Assembly (NCBI GenBank): GCA_003241685.1
Contig: QFPJ01000011.1
Span: forward strand, 6,116-70,115
DNA from: Sphingopyxis macrogoltabida
GTDB lineage: Bacteria > Pseudomonadota > Alphaproteobacteria > Sphingomonadales > Sphingomonadaceae
DNA length: 64,000 nucleotides
Direction: 5' to 3'
Shown here: positions 1-10,349 of the stretch, piece after piece
Numbering within the stretch: position 1 is the first letter of the stretch
Layout of the letters: every line of letters begins with the position of its first letter
The notes under the pieces: model-generated
Seen by the model: only the letters and a program-made list of their open reading frames with translations
What the model was told of the DNA's origin: nothing
Database searches by the model: none
Position numbers and translations under genes: made by a program

Positions 1-567
1 CTGTGCGCGGGCGGCGGGGGGAAGACGCTGGCGATCGCCTCGCTTGCCGGCGATGGCGCCGACATTCTGGCGTGCGACACCAATCGCGCGCGGCTTCGGC
101 AATTGACGCCGCGCGCCGAACGGGCCGGGGCGATGCGGATCGAGACGCGGCTGCTCGATCCGGGGCGGGAGGCGGCGATGCTGGCCGACTGGACCGGGCG
201 TGCGGCCCGCGTGTTCGTCGATGCCCCCTGTTCGGGCAGCGGCACGTGGCGGCGCAGCCCGGAATTGCGCTGGCGGCTTACGCCCGACCGTCTGGATCGC
301 CATCTTGCCGATCAGGCGAAGCTGATCGATATCGGTGCCGACCTGGTGGCGCCGGGCGGCAAACTTCTCTATGCTGTCTGCTCGATCATCGCGCGCGAGG
401 GGCGGACTCAGATGGACGAATTTCTGAACCGGCATCCCGGCTGGACGGCGGACGGCGGCTATCTGCCCGCCGGTATCGGCCGCGCCGCGGGGGGCGGTTT
501 TCTGCTGACTCCGGCGCATGACGGATGCGACGGATTTTTTCTCGCACGGCTGACGGCACCATGTTAG
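1..567 (+). CDS. RsmB/NOP family RNA m5C methyltransferase (5' truncated by window)
   Basis: Frame open from base 1 (LCAGGGGKT SAM motif); DAPCSGSG and YAVCS motifs. Confidence 0.88.
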   Translation: MCAGGGGKTLAIASLAGDGADILACDTNRARLRQLTPRAERAGAMRIETRLLDPGREAAMLADWTGRAARVFVDAPCSGSGTWRRSPELRWRLTPDRLDRHLADQAKLIDIGADLVAPGGKLLYAVCSIIAREGRTQMDEFLNRHPGWTADGGYLPAGIGRAAGGGFLLTPAHDGCDGFFLARLTAPC

Positions 568-599
568 CATCGCCGCAGACGAAGCGATGGGAGAATGCG

Positions 600-1124
600 A
601 TGCGCGTCAGTTTCCTTGCCCTTGGTGCGGGCCTGCTGTTGGCCAGCCTGCCCACCGCTTCGGATGCCCAGCGCGCGGACAATGACATTCTTCCCCGCTC
701 GATCGCGTTGCAGCATGACGGCCAGAAGGCGCAGCAGGCGGGCGATCTCGACCGGGCGATCGACCTGTATGAATCGGCGCTGGCGGCCGATCCGCGCAAC
801 CGCTCGGCGATCATCGCCATGGCGCAGGTCGCGCGGGCGCAGGGACTGCCCGGCAAAGCCATCGGCCTTTACCGCGAGGCATTGGTTCTGGACCCCAATG
901 ACGTCATCGCGCTGACCGGACAGGGGCAGGCTCTTGCCGACAAGGGCGCGCTCGAACTGGCGCGCGAAAAGCTGGCGGAGGCGCAGCGGGTGTGCAACGA
1001 TAAATGCGCGCAGGTCGCCGCGCTGGAAAAGACGCTGGCGTCGGGCGACAGCAAGCGCGTCGTCGCTGCGGAGGTGCTGATTCCCAAGCCCGTCGTCGCG
1101 ACCGTGACCAGCAGTCAGAATTAG
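600..1124 (+). CDS. Secreted TPR-repeat protein
   Basis: GGAGA SD before ATG 600; signal peptide; TPR patterns (AIDLYESALAADP, AIGLYREALVLDP). Confidence 0.8.
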   Translation: MRVSFLALGAGLLLASLPTASDAQRADNDILPRSIALQHDGQKAQQAGDLDRAIDLYESALAADPRNRSAIIAMAQVARAQGLPGKAIGLYREALVLDPNDVIALTGQGQALADKGALELAREKLAEAQRVCNDKCAQVAALEKTLASGDSKRVVAAEVLIPKPVVATVTSSQN

Positions 1125-1307
1125 GCAGGGCCGCGACGGTCATCCGCCGGTCGCTGGCCGCGACAGAAACGCCATCAGAAACGTCATCGCGCCGCCCTTT
1201 CCCATCGCGCCAGGCAGGGGGATTGTGGATACGGTCCGGAACGACGCCTGAGGAGCATGGCGGTCTGACCCGCAAATGGACCGGATATTACCGTGCCCGG
1301 CAGGGCC

Positions 1308-2141
1308 TCAGCTCAGTCGGCGCGCCAGCGCCACCCATTCGGCGACGCTGATCGTTTCCGCCCGGCGCGTGGGATCGATGCCTAGCGCCTCCAGCGCCTC
1401 GATCGCTCCCCGGACACCCTTCAGGCTCTGGCGCAGCATCTTGCGGCGCTGACCAAATCCCTTTTCGGTCAGCTTCGACAGGATTTTGGGGTCGACGCCG
1501 GCGGGCTCTTCCGTCGGGGTGACATGGACGATCGCCGACATCACCTTGGGCGGCGGGGTGAAGGCCGATCGGTGCACCTTCATCGCGATCCGCGCGTGCG
1601 ATCGCCACTGCGCGAGCACGGCCAGCCGGCCATAGGCGCTCGTGCCGACCGATGCGACGATGCGTTCCGCCACTTCCTGCTGGAACATCAGCGTCAGCGA
1701 GAGCCATTGCGGTGGCCAGCGCGCCGGTTCCAGCCAGCGCGTGAACAGCGCGGTCCCGACGTTATAGGGCAGGTTGGCGACGATATGATAAGGCCCGCCG
1801 GTCAGCGCATCGGCGTCGATCGCCATCGCATCGTCGGATAGGACGGTCAGGCGACCGTCGAACGCCTCCGACAATTCGCCCAGCAGCGGCAGGCATCGTT
1901 CGTCGCGCTCGACCGCCATGACGCGCGCGCCGGCGCGGAGCAGGGCGCGGGTCAGGCCGCCGGGCCCGGGGCCGACTTCGAACACCGTCGCACCGGAAAG
2001 GTCGCCGGGCAATGCGGCGATTCGGTCGAGCAACTGTTCGTCGAACAGGAAATTCTGGCCCAGCGCCTTGCTGGCGGACAGGCCGTGGATGCGCACGATC
2101 TCGCGCAGCGGGGGGAGCGATGGGGCGGGCGGGCGCGTCAC
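1308..2141 (-). CDS. rsmA: 16S rRNA dimethyladenosine transferase
   Basis: KALGQNFL, EVGPGPG, ANLPYN motifs; follows pdxA. Confidence 0.96.
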   Translation of the reverse strand: MTRPPAPSLPPLREIVRIHGLSASKALGQNFLFDEQLLDRIAALPGDLSGATVFEVGPGPGGLTRALLRAGARVMAVERDERCLPLLGELSEAFDGRLTVLSDDAMAIDADALTGGPYHIVANLPYNVGTALFTRWLEPARWPPQWLSLTLMFQQEVAERIVASVGTSAYGRLAVLAQWRSHARIAMKVHRSAFTPPPKVMSAIVHVTPTEEPAGVDPKILSKLTEKGFGQRRKMLRQSLKGVRGAIEALEALGIDPTRRAETISVAEWVALARRLS

Positions 2142-3157
2142 GCCGCCGAAGCGCAGCCGGGCGCGCGGGCCAGGGCCATCCGCTCCGCCATCGCGATCGC
2201 GGCGATCGTCGGCCCGGCGTCGGCCCGGCCGGTGCCCGCGATATTGAACGCCGTGCCGTGGTCGGGCGACGTGCGGATGATCGGCAGGCCCAGCGTCAGA
2301 TTGACCCCGTCATGGAAATGCAGCGCCTTGAACGGCGCCAGAGCCTGATCGTGATAGCCGCAGAGCAGCGCGTCATACTGGCTGCGGATGCCGGGCGCGA
2401 ACAGCGCGTCGGCCGCGATCGGCCCCTCGATACGAATGCCCTCGGCCGCCAGCTGTTCGACGGCGGGCGCGATGATGCGGATCTCTTCGTCGCCCAGTCG
2501 TCCGCTCTCGCCGGCGTGGGGGTTCAGGCCCGCGATCGCCAGACGCGGTTCGGCGATGCCGAAATCGCGGATCAGGCCGCGCACGACGATGCGCGCCTTG
2601 GCGACGATCAGATCGCCCGTCAGCCGTTCGGGAACGTCGGACAGCGGGATATGGACGGTCAGCGGAACGACGCGCAGGCTGGGCCCCGCCAGCATCATGA
2701 CGGCGTTGCTCGCGGTGATGCCGCAGCGTTCGGCGATGAATTCGGTCTGGCCGGGATGCGTATAGCCGATGTCCTGCAACGCATGTTTGGAAACCGGCCC
2801 CGTCACCAGCGCCGCGCTGGCCTGCGTCCGGGTCAGCCCGATGCCGGTTTCGAGCGCGAGCAGCGCACCGGCCGCGCCCGCCGGCGTCGGCTGGCCGGGC
2901 GTCAGCGGTCCGCTGGTTTCCAGATGCCAGACGGGCAAGGCGGTGTCGAAGAGCCGAATGGCCTCCTCCATATCGCCGACGCGCGCCAGCGGACCGTCCC
3001 AGACGGCCTCGATCGCGGCAATGTCGCCGATCGCGACAAAGGGTGGCAATTGCCGTTCGCGCCGGGCGGTCCACGCGAGGGCGGCAACTTCGGGTCCGAC
3101 GCCCGCCGGGTCTCCCATCGTGACCGCGATCGGGCGCTTTCGGGACTGGTCAGGCAT
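2138..3157 (-). CDS. pdxA: 4-hydroxythreonine-4-phosphate dehydrogenase
   Basis: TMGDPAGVGPE, NPHAGE, YHDQ, RTSPDHGTA motifs. Confidence 0.96.
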   Translation of the reverse strand: MPDQSRKRPIAVTMGDPAGVGPEVAALAWTARRERQLPPFVAIGDIAAIEAVWDGPLARVGDMEEAIRLFDTALPVWHLETSGPLTPGQPTPAGAAGALLALETGIGLTRTQASAALVTGPVSKHALQDIGYTHPGQTEFIAERCGITASNAVMMLAGPSLRVVPLTVHIPLSDVPERLTGDLIVAKARIVVRGLIRDFGIAEPRLAIAGLNPHAGESGRLGDEEIRIIAPAVEQLAAEGIRIEGPIAADALFAPGIRSQYDALLCGYHDQALAPFKALHFHDGVNLTLGLPIIRTSPDHGTAFNIAGTGRADAGPTIAAIAMAERMALARAPGCASAA

Positions 3158-4503
3158 CAGCTATATTCGATCACCGCATCCCGGCGCAGGTCGCGCAGAT
3201 ACCGCTGCGCGCGCTTGTTCACCTTGTCTTCCAGCAGCCGCTGCTCGATCTGCTGCAGGTCGGGGGCCGTCACCGTATTCGGCATGTCGCGGCCGCACAG
3301 GACGAGCACGCTGACGCCCTGGTCGGGCGATCCGAACGGCTGGGTCGTCTGACCGATCTGCAGGTTCATCAGTGTCGCCTGAAGCGGTGCGGGCAGGTCG
3401 CGCATCGCGATATTGTCGCGCGACACCACGCTGGCGCCCAGGCTTTCGGCGACGGCATCGGCGGCGCCGCAGCCCGCGATGCCACGGGTCGCTGCGGCAA
3501 ATTTCTCGGCAAGCTCGCCGGCGCGGGCTTCGGTCGTGCCGGCCGGAAAATCGAGTGCAATCTGCTTCAGGCTGAGCGTCGCGTCGCGCGGATCGGCGGT
3601 CAGCACCTGGCGCCGGTCGAGCATCAGGATGATCGACACGCCGCCCGGAACCTCGATCGGCCCGACCAGCTGGCCGGGCTGCATCTGCATCGCCGCCTGG
3701 GCCATCGACGTCGGCAACTGCCCGGCGCGAACCCAGCCCAGATCGCCGCCGACGACGGCGGTCGATGCTTCGGAAAATTGGCGGGCATAGGCGGCGAAGC
3801 TGCCGCCCGCCTGCAGCGCCTGAACGATCTTCTGGCCGTTTTCGGTAACGGAGGCGGCATTTTCGGGCGTCGCGGACAGATAAATCTCGCCCAGGTGGAA
3901 TTCATCCTGCCCCTTGGCCTCGTTCATCCGCTGGACGACCGATTCGACCTCTTCGGTCGACACGTTCGTCGTCGACTGGATGTTGCGGGCGAGCAGGCGG
4001 TCCCAGGCATATTCGCCGCGAATCTGCTGTTTGACGGCGGCGGCCGACGAACCGCGCTCGGACAGATAGGTGGTGAACTGCTCCGGGCTCTGCCGAAAGC
4101 GCGTCGCCAGACGGGCAAATTGTTCGTTGACGACATTTTCGTCGATCGCGATGTCGGCCGAGCGCGCTTCCTGAATCTGCAATTTTTCGTCGATCAGATT
4201 GCTGAACACCTGCTGCCGCAGGCGCTCGATCTGCTCGGCGGGCAGTTCGGCATCATTGTTAGCGATGCGGATCAGCGCCATGCGCTGTTCGATGTCGGTC
4301 GATGTGATGATCTCGCCGTTGACCGTCGCGGACGGGCGGTACACGTTCGGCGCGGCGTCGCCGAACACTTTGACATTACCTGGAATATTGAGGCTGGTCG
4401 TCGGCACGTCGTCGTCGGCGACGGTTTGCGCCACAACGGGCGTTACGCCTGCCGCGGCGATGGTGATCAGGCCGATCATGGTCGAAAATTTGGTCATTGC
4501 CAT
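3157..4503 (-). CDS. surA: SurA-family periplasmic chaperone/PPIase
   Basis: Signal peptide, ATVNGEIIT, rotamase GGDLGW; lies between lptD and pdxA. Confidence 0.9.
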   Translation of the reverse strand: MAMTKFSTMIGLITIAAAGVTPVVAQTVADDDVPTTSLNIPGNVKVFGDAAPNVYRPSATVNGEIITSTDIEQRMALIRIANNDAELPAEQIERLRQQVFSNLIDEKLQIQEARSADIAIDENVVNEQFARLATRFRQSPEQFTTYLSERGSSAAAVKQQIRGEYAWDRLLARNIQSTTNVSTEEVESVVQRMNEAKGQDEFHLGEIYLSATPENAASVTENGQKIVQALQAGGSFAAYARQFSEASTAVVGGDLGWVRAGQLPTSMAQAAMQMQPGQLVGPIEVPGGVSIILMLDRRQVLTADPRDATLSLKQIALDFPAGTTEARAGELAEKFAAATRGIAGCGAADAVAESLGASVVSRDNIAMRDLPAPLQATLMNLQIGQTTQPFGSPDQGVSVLVLCGRDMPNTVTAPDLQQIEQRLLEDKVNKRAQRYLRDLRRDAVIEYS

Positions 4504-4635
4504 CCTATTCGAGAAACAATGGCACGCTCCGTATCAGCGGAAACGCCCGGTGGTCCAGTGCAAACGCCATCCGGACCGATCGGATGCCGCCCTAGCGCGG
4601 CGACGCTGAACGGCGGCTGAGCGAAAGGCGCGCGA

Positions 4636-6990
4636 TCAGAATCCCAGATTGCGCAGCGCGACGCGGAAGGAAAAGCTGTTGCCGCGCCGGGCGTCGCCGG
4701 TGTCGATATAGTCGCGGCGCCACGTCAGCGCGATCGACAGGCATTCGTCGTCATAGGCGATACCCAGCCGGTGCCGGATCGGATCGAACCCGTCGGCCTG
4801 ACTCAGCGGGTCGTCCGTCCGGCTCGTCAGGTCAACGATCGCCGATCCGAACAGCGACCAGTAATTGGTTATCGCGACACGGCCGCCGACGCGGGCTTCC
4901 TCGCGGTCCTGCAAATCTTCCGCCACGGTGGTGATGTCGCGGTTGAGCCGCGAATAGCCGAGCACCGCATAGGTCTTCTGGCTCCCGATCGTCGCGTCGA
5001 ACTCGTTGCGGCGGATCGCCAGATCGTCCTTGTCGAGCCGGAAGCGGTGCGTCAGGCGCAGAAAGTCGCGATAGGCGATGGTGGTGCGGCCGACGACGTC
5101 GGACGTGCGGTCGGTCAGCCCGGTGCCGTCGGGGAACAGCGACGGCTTGTTCGACAGGCGATAGCTTTGCCCCACGACGCTGTTGATGCTAAACCCGGGG
5201 CGGGTGTAATTCCACTCGACGCCATAGGTGATGCGGGCGCCATCCTCGAACCGGTCATACCCGTTGAAGCGGTTGATCGAGAACAGGTTGCTGTCTTCCA
5301 GATCGAAAGCGCGCGAATCCTCGTTCGGAATGTCCAGATTCTTCAGCGGCGGGGTCGCCACGATCTGAACGCGCGGGGTCAGTGTCTGGGTGCCGCCCGC
5401 AAATTCGCCGATGAACGGCCAGCGCATGTCGGCGGCGACGGCGGCGATGCCGCGGCCTTCCCACCCCGACTTGCCGCGATAGCCGGGAATCGCGGTCAGC
5501 AGATTTTCGTCGCTGTGATACACGTCGCCGCGCACCATCGCGGTCAACGTCACTTCCTGTCCCATGCCGGTCATGCCGCGCAGGTCCCATCGCGCGCCGG
5601 CAAAAGCGCGCTGGGTATCCTGACCGGCGGTGCGCTGGATCGACAAGCTGTTCAGTTGCAGTTCGAACTGGCCGCCGAACACCGGATCGGCCAGCCGCTG
5701 GCGATAGTCGATCAGCGGCAGGGCGATCGGCTGCTGGCCCTGCACATCGTTGACGCGCAGCGTCTGCGTCGCCCAGCCGGAGATCGACAGATAGCTTTGC
5801 CCGCCGATCCGCTCCAGCTCGACGGTCGAGCGCAGCCGGTCGTCGCGGCTGATGTCATAGCGGCGCATGAAGGTGCGGTCGGTTGCGATGCGCCCCGAAT
5901 AGTTGAGGCTCCAGCGCGGCGAGAACTGGAACTTGCCCGCGCTTTCCAGATAGCCGCGAAAGCGGTCGCGCGGATCGGGCGCCTCGCCGGTCAGCGGAAC
6001 GAGCGAGCTGTAGGTCGCGTAACCGTTGATCCGGAACGATCCGATATCGGTCAGCGCACGAAATTCGCCCGACAGCATCGGCGCGGCGTCGGTATAGACG
6101 TGCGGCGTGATCGTGATGTCGCGGTCGGACGCGAGGCGCAGATAATAGGGGATCGCGACTTCGAACCCGTTGGTGCGGTCGAAACGCACCTCGGGAACCA
6201 AGATGCCGCTGCTCGCCTCATTGTCGAGCGGGTGGCTGAGCCCCGGCAGCGGGATCAGCGGCAGGCCGAAGATTTCGATCCGCGCGCCGCGATAGCGCGC
6301 CTTATTCTCCTTGCGGTCGTAAATCACGCGAACGGCGCGAATCTGCCAGCTCGGATTCTTCGGGCACCCGTCCTCGGTTTCGACGCGGCACGGCGTGTAG
6401 GCGGCATTTTCCAGCTCGATATTGCCATTGTCGAACCGCGTGCCCTGAACCGCAGCCAGCCGCGCGCCATTGTCGAGCACGACCAGCATATTTTCGACCG
6501 CCCCGTCGCGCAGCGTGTCGGTCAGGACGATCCGGTCGCCATAGGCGGTGTCGCCTTCGGGATTCTTGATCGCGACATTGCCTTCCGCGACGACTTCGCC
6601 GCTGCCGCGGTTCCACGTCACCTTGTTGGCGCGCATTTCGATATTGTCGCGGTTCATCTGAACATTGCCCTCGGCAACGACGATGTCGGTGTCGCTGTCA
6701 TAGTTCAGATTATCGGCGGCGAATCCGATCTGCTGCTCGTTTCCCGTATCGGGCGCGTCGGTTCCGGTCGCATCGACATCGGGCGTTTGAAGGTCCGGCG
6801 CCTCCTGTTCCGCTGGCGCGACCGTCGCCCGCACCGGCGGTGGAGATTCGGCGGCCGGCGGCTGTTCGGCGACCGGCTGCTGCGCCAGTGCCGGAGTCGC
6901 CATCAACGCACAGCCGCTCGCGGTCGCCAGCCACGTCGCCGTGCCAAGGGGCCGGGCACGCTTGGCCTGACGGAACAAAGCCCAGTTCAT
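4636..6990 (-). CDS. lptD: LptD/OstA outer-membrane assembly protein
   Basis: Beta-jellyroll N-domain (AEGNV, YTPC..P.W), NRFNGYDRFE, C-terminal Phe; synteny with surA. Confidence 0.93.
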   Translation of the reverse strand: MNWALFRQAKRARPLGTATWLATASGCALMATPALAQQPVAEQPPAAESPPPVRATVAPAEQEAPDLQTPDVDATGTDAPDTGNEQQIGFAADNLNYDSDTDIVVAEGNVQMNRDNIEMRANKVTWNRGSGEVVAEGNVAIKNPEGDTAYGDRIVLTDTLRDGAVENMLVVLDNGARLAAVQGTRFDNGNIELENAAYTPCRVETEDGCPKNPSWQIRAVRVIYDRKENKARYRGARIEIFGLPLIPLPGLSHPLDNEASSGILVPEVRFDRTNGFEVAIPYYLRLASDRDITITPHVYTDAAPMLSGEFRALTDIGSFRINGYATYSSLVPLTGEAPDPRDRFRGYLESAGKFQFSPRWSLNYSGRIATDRTFMRRYDISRDDRLRSTVELERIGGQSYLSISGWATQTLRVNDVQGQQPIALPLIDYRQRLADPVFGGQFELQLNSLSIQRTAGQDTQRAFAGARWDLRGMTGMGQEVTLTAMVRGDVYHSDENLLTAIPGYRGKSGWEGRGIAAVAADMRWPFIGEFAGGTQTLTPRVQIVATPPLKNLDIPNEDSRAFDLEDSNLFSINRFNGYDRFEDGARITYGVEWNYTRPGFSINSVVGQSYRLSNKPSLFPDGTGLTDRTSDVVGRTTIAYRDFLRLTHRFRLDKDDLAIRRNEFDATIGSQKTYAVLGYSRLNRDITTVAEDLQDREEARVGGRVAITNYWSLFGSAIVDLTSRTDDPLSQADGFDPIRHRLGIAYDDECLSIALTWRRDYIDTGDARRGNSFSFRVALRNLGF

Positions 6991-7120
6991 CTAATCTCTT
7001 TGTCCCACCTTGTAACGCGTCCACCCGGCCTGGACCGGCAGCTTTGTTTTTGCAACTCGCCAGCGAAACCCCTATCGGTCCGGCACGTTCCAATCAATCA
7101 TCGCATGAGAGAGTTAACGG

Positions 7121-8566
7121 ATGGACATTCAGTTTGTCGTGCAAATCGATGCATCTGCCGACGTCGTCGCCTTTCCGGTCCGCAAGGGCGGCGCGGCGGG
7201 CCTCGGCGCCCTGTTGGGCGCGGCGGCGACGCAGGCGCGTTTCGACGGCGCCGCGGGCGCGGTCGCGGAAACGTCGGCGATCGACGGCGGACAGGCGAAG
7301 CGCCTGCTGCTGATCGGTATCGGCGAAGGAACGGAGCATGATCTGGAACGCGGCGGCGCGGCGCTGACGGCCCGGCTGCTGACCAGCGGCGTCACGTCGG
7401 TGCAGGTCGATTTCGAAAGCGCCGGCACCATCGACGAGGATGACGTGCTGGCCTTTGCCATGGGCGCGAAGCTGCGCGCCTGGCGCATCGACACCTATCG
7501 CACCCGCTTGCCCGACACGGCGAAACCCAGCCTGAAGACGATCGTCATCGCATCGTCCGCCGGCGACCTGTCGGCGCGCTGGGCCGGCTTCTCCGCCATC
7601 GCCGACGGGGTCGCGCTGACCCAGACGCTCGTCGCCGAGCCGCCGAACATCCTCTATCCCGAAAGCTTCGTCGAACGCTGCCAGCATCTGGCCGATCTCG
7701 GCGTCGAACTGGAAGTGCTCGACGAACGGCAGATGAAGGCGCTCGGCATGGGCGCGCTGCTGGGCGTGGCGCAGGGGTCGACCCGGCCGCCGCGCTTGCT
7801 GTCGATGCGCTGGAACGGCGGTAACGCGGGCGACGCGCCGGTGGTGTTCATCGGCAAGGGCGTGACGTTCGATACCGGCGGGATCAGCCTGAAGCCCGGG
7901 CCGGGCATGGACATGATGAAATGGGACATGGGCGGCGCGGGCGCCGTTGCGGGGGCGATGAAGGCCATTGCCGGTCGCAAGGCCAAGGCGAATGTCGTCG
8001 GTATCGTCGGCCTGGTCGAGAATATGCCCGACGGCAATGCCCAGCGTCCCGGCGATATCGTCACGACCATGTCGGGCCAGACGGTCGAGGTGCTGAACAC
8101 CGATGCCGAGGGGCGTCTGGTGCTGTGCGATGCGATCAGCTGGGCGCAGAAGGTCCACGATCCCAAGGTCATCGTCGATCTGGCGACGCTGACCGGCGCG
8201 ATGGTCATCTCGCTCGGCCATGAATATGCGGGCGTGTTCGCCAATGACGACGATCTTGCCGCGCAGCTTCTGGACGCGGGGCTTGCCAGCGGCGACAAGC
8301 TGTGGCGCTTCCCGCTGTCGCCGGCCTATGACAAGCTGATCGACAGCCCGATCGCCGACATGAAGAATATCGGCCCGCGCGAGGGCGGATCGATCACTGC
8401 GGCGCAGTTTCTGAAGCGGTTCGTGGACGACGGTGTCGCCTGGGCGCACCTCGATATCGCGGGCATGGCCTGGCACGACAAGGACGGCCGCACCTATGCC
8501 AAGGGCGCGACCGGCTATGGCGTCCGGCTGCTCGACCGCTTCATCGCCGCCAATTTCGAGGGGTAG
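7121..8566 (+). CDS. pepA: Leucyl aminopeptidase (M17)
   Basis: GKGVTFDTGG, MKWDMGG, NTDAEGRL motifs. Confidence 0.96.
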   Translation: MDIQFVVQIDASADVVAFPVRKGGAAGLGALLGAAATQARFDGAAGAVAETSAIDGGQAKRLLLIGIGEGTEHDLERGGAALTARLLTSGVTSVQVDFESAGTIDEDDVLAFAMGAKLRAWRIDTYRTRLPDTAKPSLKTIVIASSAGDLSARWAGFSAIADGVALTQTLVAEPPNILYPESFVERCQHLADLGVELEVLDERQMKALGMGALLGVAQGSTRPPRLLSMRWNGGNAGDAPVVFIGKGVTFDTGGISLKPGPGMDMMKWDMGGAGAVAGAMKAIAGRKAKANVVGIVGLVENMPDGNAQRPGDIVTTMSGQTVEVLNTDAEGRLVLCDAISWAQKVHDPKVIVDLATLTGAMVISLGHEYAGVFANDDDLAAQLLDAGLASGDKLWRFPLSPAYDKLIDSPIADMKNIGPREGGSITAAQFLKRFVDDGVAWAHLDIAGMAWHDKDGRTYAKGATGYGVRLLDRFIAANFEG

Positions 8567-8583
8567 GACAGGGAAGGGGCGGC

Positions 8584-9030
8584 ATGGCGCGCGTCGACTT
8601 TTACCGGCTGACCCGCGACCCGGCCGAACGGGTGCTGCCCGCGCTTGCGAAGAAAATCCTGGGCGACGGCGACCGCCTGCTGGTGGTCGCCGGGCCGGCG
8701 ATGCAGCGGCAGGCGATCGACGAGGCGCTGTGGACGCTGCAACCGGCCAGTTTCCTGCCGCACGGCCATGCCGGCACCCCGGATGAGGCGATCGAGCCGA
8801 TCCTGATCGCCGGAGAGCTGGCGGCTCCGGCGAATGGTGCGCGCCTGGTCGCGCTGGCCGACGGCGAATGGCGCGACGCGGCACTGGATTTCGATCGCGT
8901 GTTCCTGTTGTTCGACAACAGCCGCATCGACGACGCGCGGGCGATCTGGCGCAGCCTGAACGCCGCCGACGGCGCCGACATTCATTTCTGGAAACAGGAC
9001 GACCGCGGCCGCTGGTCGGAAGGACCCTGA
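8584..9030 (+). CDS. holC: DNA polymerase III chi subunit
   Basis: RVDFY, DEALW...SFLPH; follows pepA. Confidence 0.9.
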   Translation: MARVDFYRLTRDPAERVLPALAKKILGDGDRLLVVAGPAMQRQAIDEALWTLQPASFLPHGHAGTPDEAIEPILIAGELAAPANGARLVALADGEWRDAALDFDRVFLLFDNSRIDDARAIWRSLNAADGADIHFWKQDDRGRWSEGP

Positions 9031-9101
9031 TGTGACCGGCCTCACCGCATCGCCCGCGCGATGGTGGCAAAGGCCTTTGTGAACAGCAACGGGAGCATTT
9101 T

Positions 9102-9629
9102 ATGAAACATTCTTCGATCGCGATCGCCGCTGCGGTCACGCTCTTCGTCGCGGCTTGCGGGTCGCCATCGGAAAAGGAGGTCGCGAGCGGCACCTATACC
9201 GATCCCGAAACCGGCGAGACCGCCGATTACAAGGTGACGAGCAGCGACGACGGCGAGTCGGGCAATATCAGCATCAAGACCGAGGACGGCGAAGTGACCT
9301 TTGGCGGCGGCGCCGCCAACGCCAAGCTGCCCGCGGGCTTCGCCCTCTATCCCGGCGCGAAGATCAGCGGCGGTTTCGCGTCGTCCAGCAAGGACGGCAG
9401 CGGCGGCATGACCAGTTTCGACGTCGAGGGCCAGGCCGCCGACGTCATCGCCCATTTCCGCAAGCAGGCGGAGGCGCAGGGGATGAAGGTGACGACCGAG
9501 ATCAAGTCGGGCGACACGATGATCATCGGCGCCGAAAAGCCGGGCGACAGCAAGACGGGTGTTCAGGTGACGGCCACCCAGTCGGGCGCCACGGTCAACG
9601 GCACCGTCACCTATGGCGTCGGCGGCTGA
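9102..9629 (+). CDS. Hypothetical lipoprotein
   Basis: GGAG SD; lipobox VAAC; LPAGFALYPGA motif; GC3-biased codon usage. Confidence 0.75.
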   Translation: MKHSSIAIAAAVTLFVAACGSPSEKEVASGTYTDPETGETADYKVTSSDDGESGNISIKTEDGEVTFGGGAANAKLPAGFALYPGAKISGGFASSSKDGSGGMTSFDVEGQAADVIAHFRKQAEAQGMKVTTEIKSGDTMIIGAEKPGDSKTGVQVTATQSGATVNGTVTYGVGG

Positions 9630-9740
9630 CGGGGCGGGCGACCGGCGCTTCGTCGATCCTGCTCGCTCGCCGCTTGCGGCGCGGGGAAAGCGCGGCTAGA
9701 GGCGCGCGCAACCCAAAGCACAACAAAGCAGGAGCTTCCC

Positions 9741-10163
9741 ATGGCGGTCACCCGCACCTTTTCGATCATCAAGCCCGACGCGACGCGTCGCAACCTGACC
9801 GGCGCGGTCACCCAGAAGCTGGAAGAGGCCGGTCTGCGCGTCGTCGCGTCGAAGCGCATCCGGATGACGCAGGACCAGGCCGAGGGCTTTTACGCGGTTC
9901 ACAAGGAACGCCCCTTCTTCGGCGAACTGGTCAGCTTCATGACCTCCGGTCCCGTCGTCGTCCAGGTTCTGGAAGGCGAAGACGCCGTGAAGCGCAATCG
10001 CGACATCATGGGCGCGACCAACCCGGCCGACGCCGCCGAAGGCACCATCCGCAAGACCTTCGCCGAAAGCATCGAGGCCAATTCGGTCCACGGCAGCGAC
10101 AGCGAGGAAAATGCCGCGATCGAGATCGCCTTTTTCTTCAAGCCCGAAGAAATCGTCGGCTGA
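9741..10163 (+). CDS. ndk: Nucleoside diphosphate kinase
   Basis: [14 protein letters not shown] catalytic His. Confidence 0.98.
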   Translation: MAVTRTFSIIKPDATRRNLTGAVTQKLEEAGLRVVASKRIRMTQDQAEGFYAVHKERPFFGELVSFMTSGPVVVQVLEGEDAVKRNRDIMGATNPADAAEGTIRKTFAESIEANSVHGSDSEENAAIEIAFFFKPEEIVG

Positions 10164-10178
10164 CCCATCGTCATTGCC

Positions 10179-10215
10179 AAAAAAAAGGCCGCCGGAGCGA
10201 TCCGGCGGCCTTTTT
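10179..10215. terminator. Bidirectional intrinsic terminator (ndk / cls)
   Basis: A8-GGCCGCCGGA-gcga-TCCGGCGGCC-T5. Confidence 0.9.
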
Positions 10216-10289
10216 CGGTGGCGACCCATGTGGTTCCATACGTCGTTGAGAAATTATCGCTTTCATTCCATTTCCGACACATCCTGCAT

Positions 10290-10318
10290 CGTCATCCCGG
10301 GTCATCTCCGGGATGACG
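10290..10318. repeat. REP-like palindrome
   Basis: CGTCATCCCGG-N7-CCGGGATGACG perfect 11-bp arms. Confidence 0.6.
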
Positions 10319-10349
10319 AAATATGAAACGGCTGTGAGCAAATCAGATT

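Noticed and set aside
1215..1307. TPP-riboswitch-like words (CTGAG, ACCC, GGATATTACC)
   Set aside because: Lacks the conserved ACCTGA core and is not upstream of a same-strand gene
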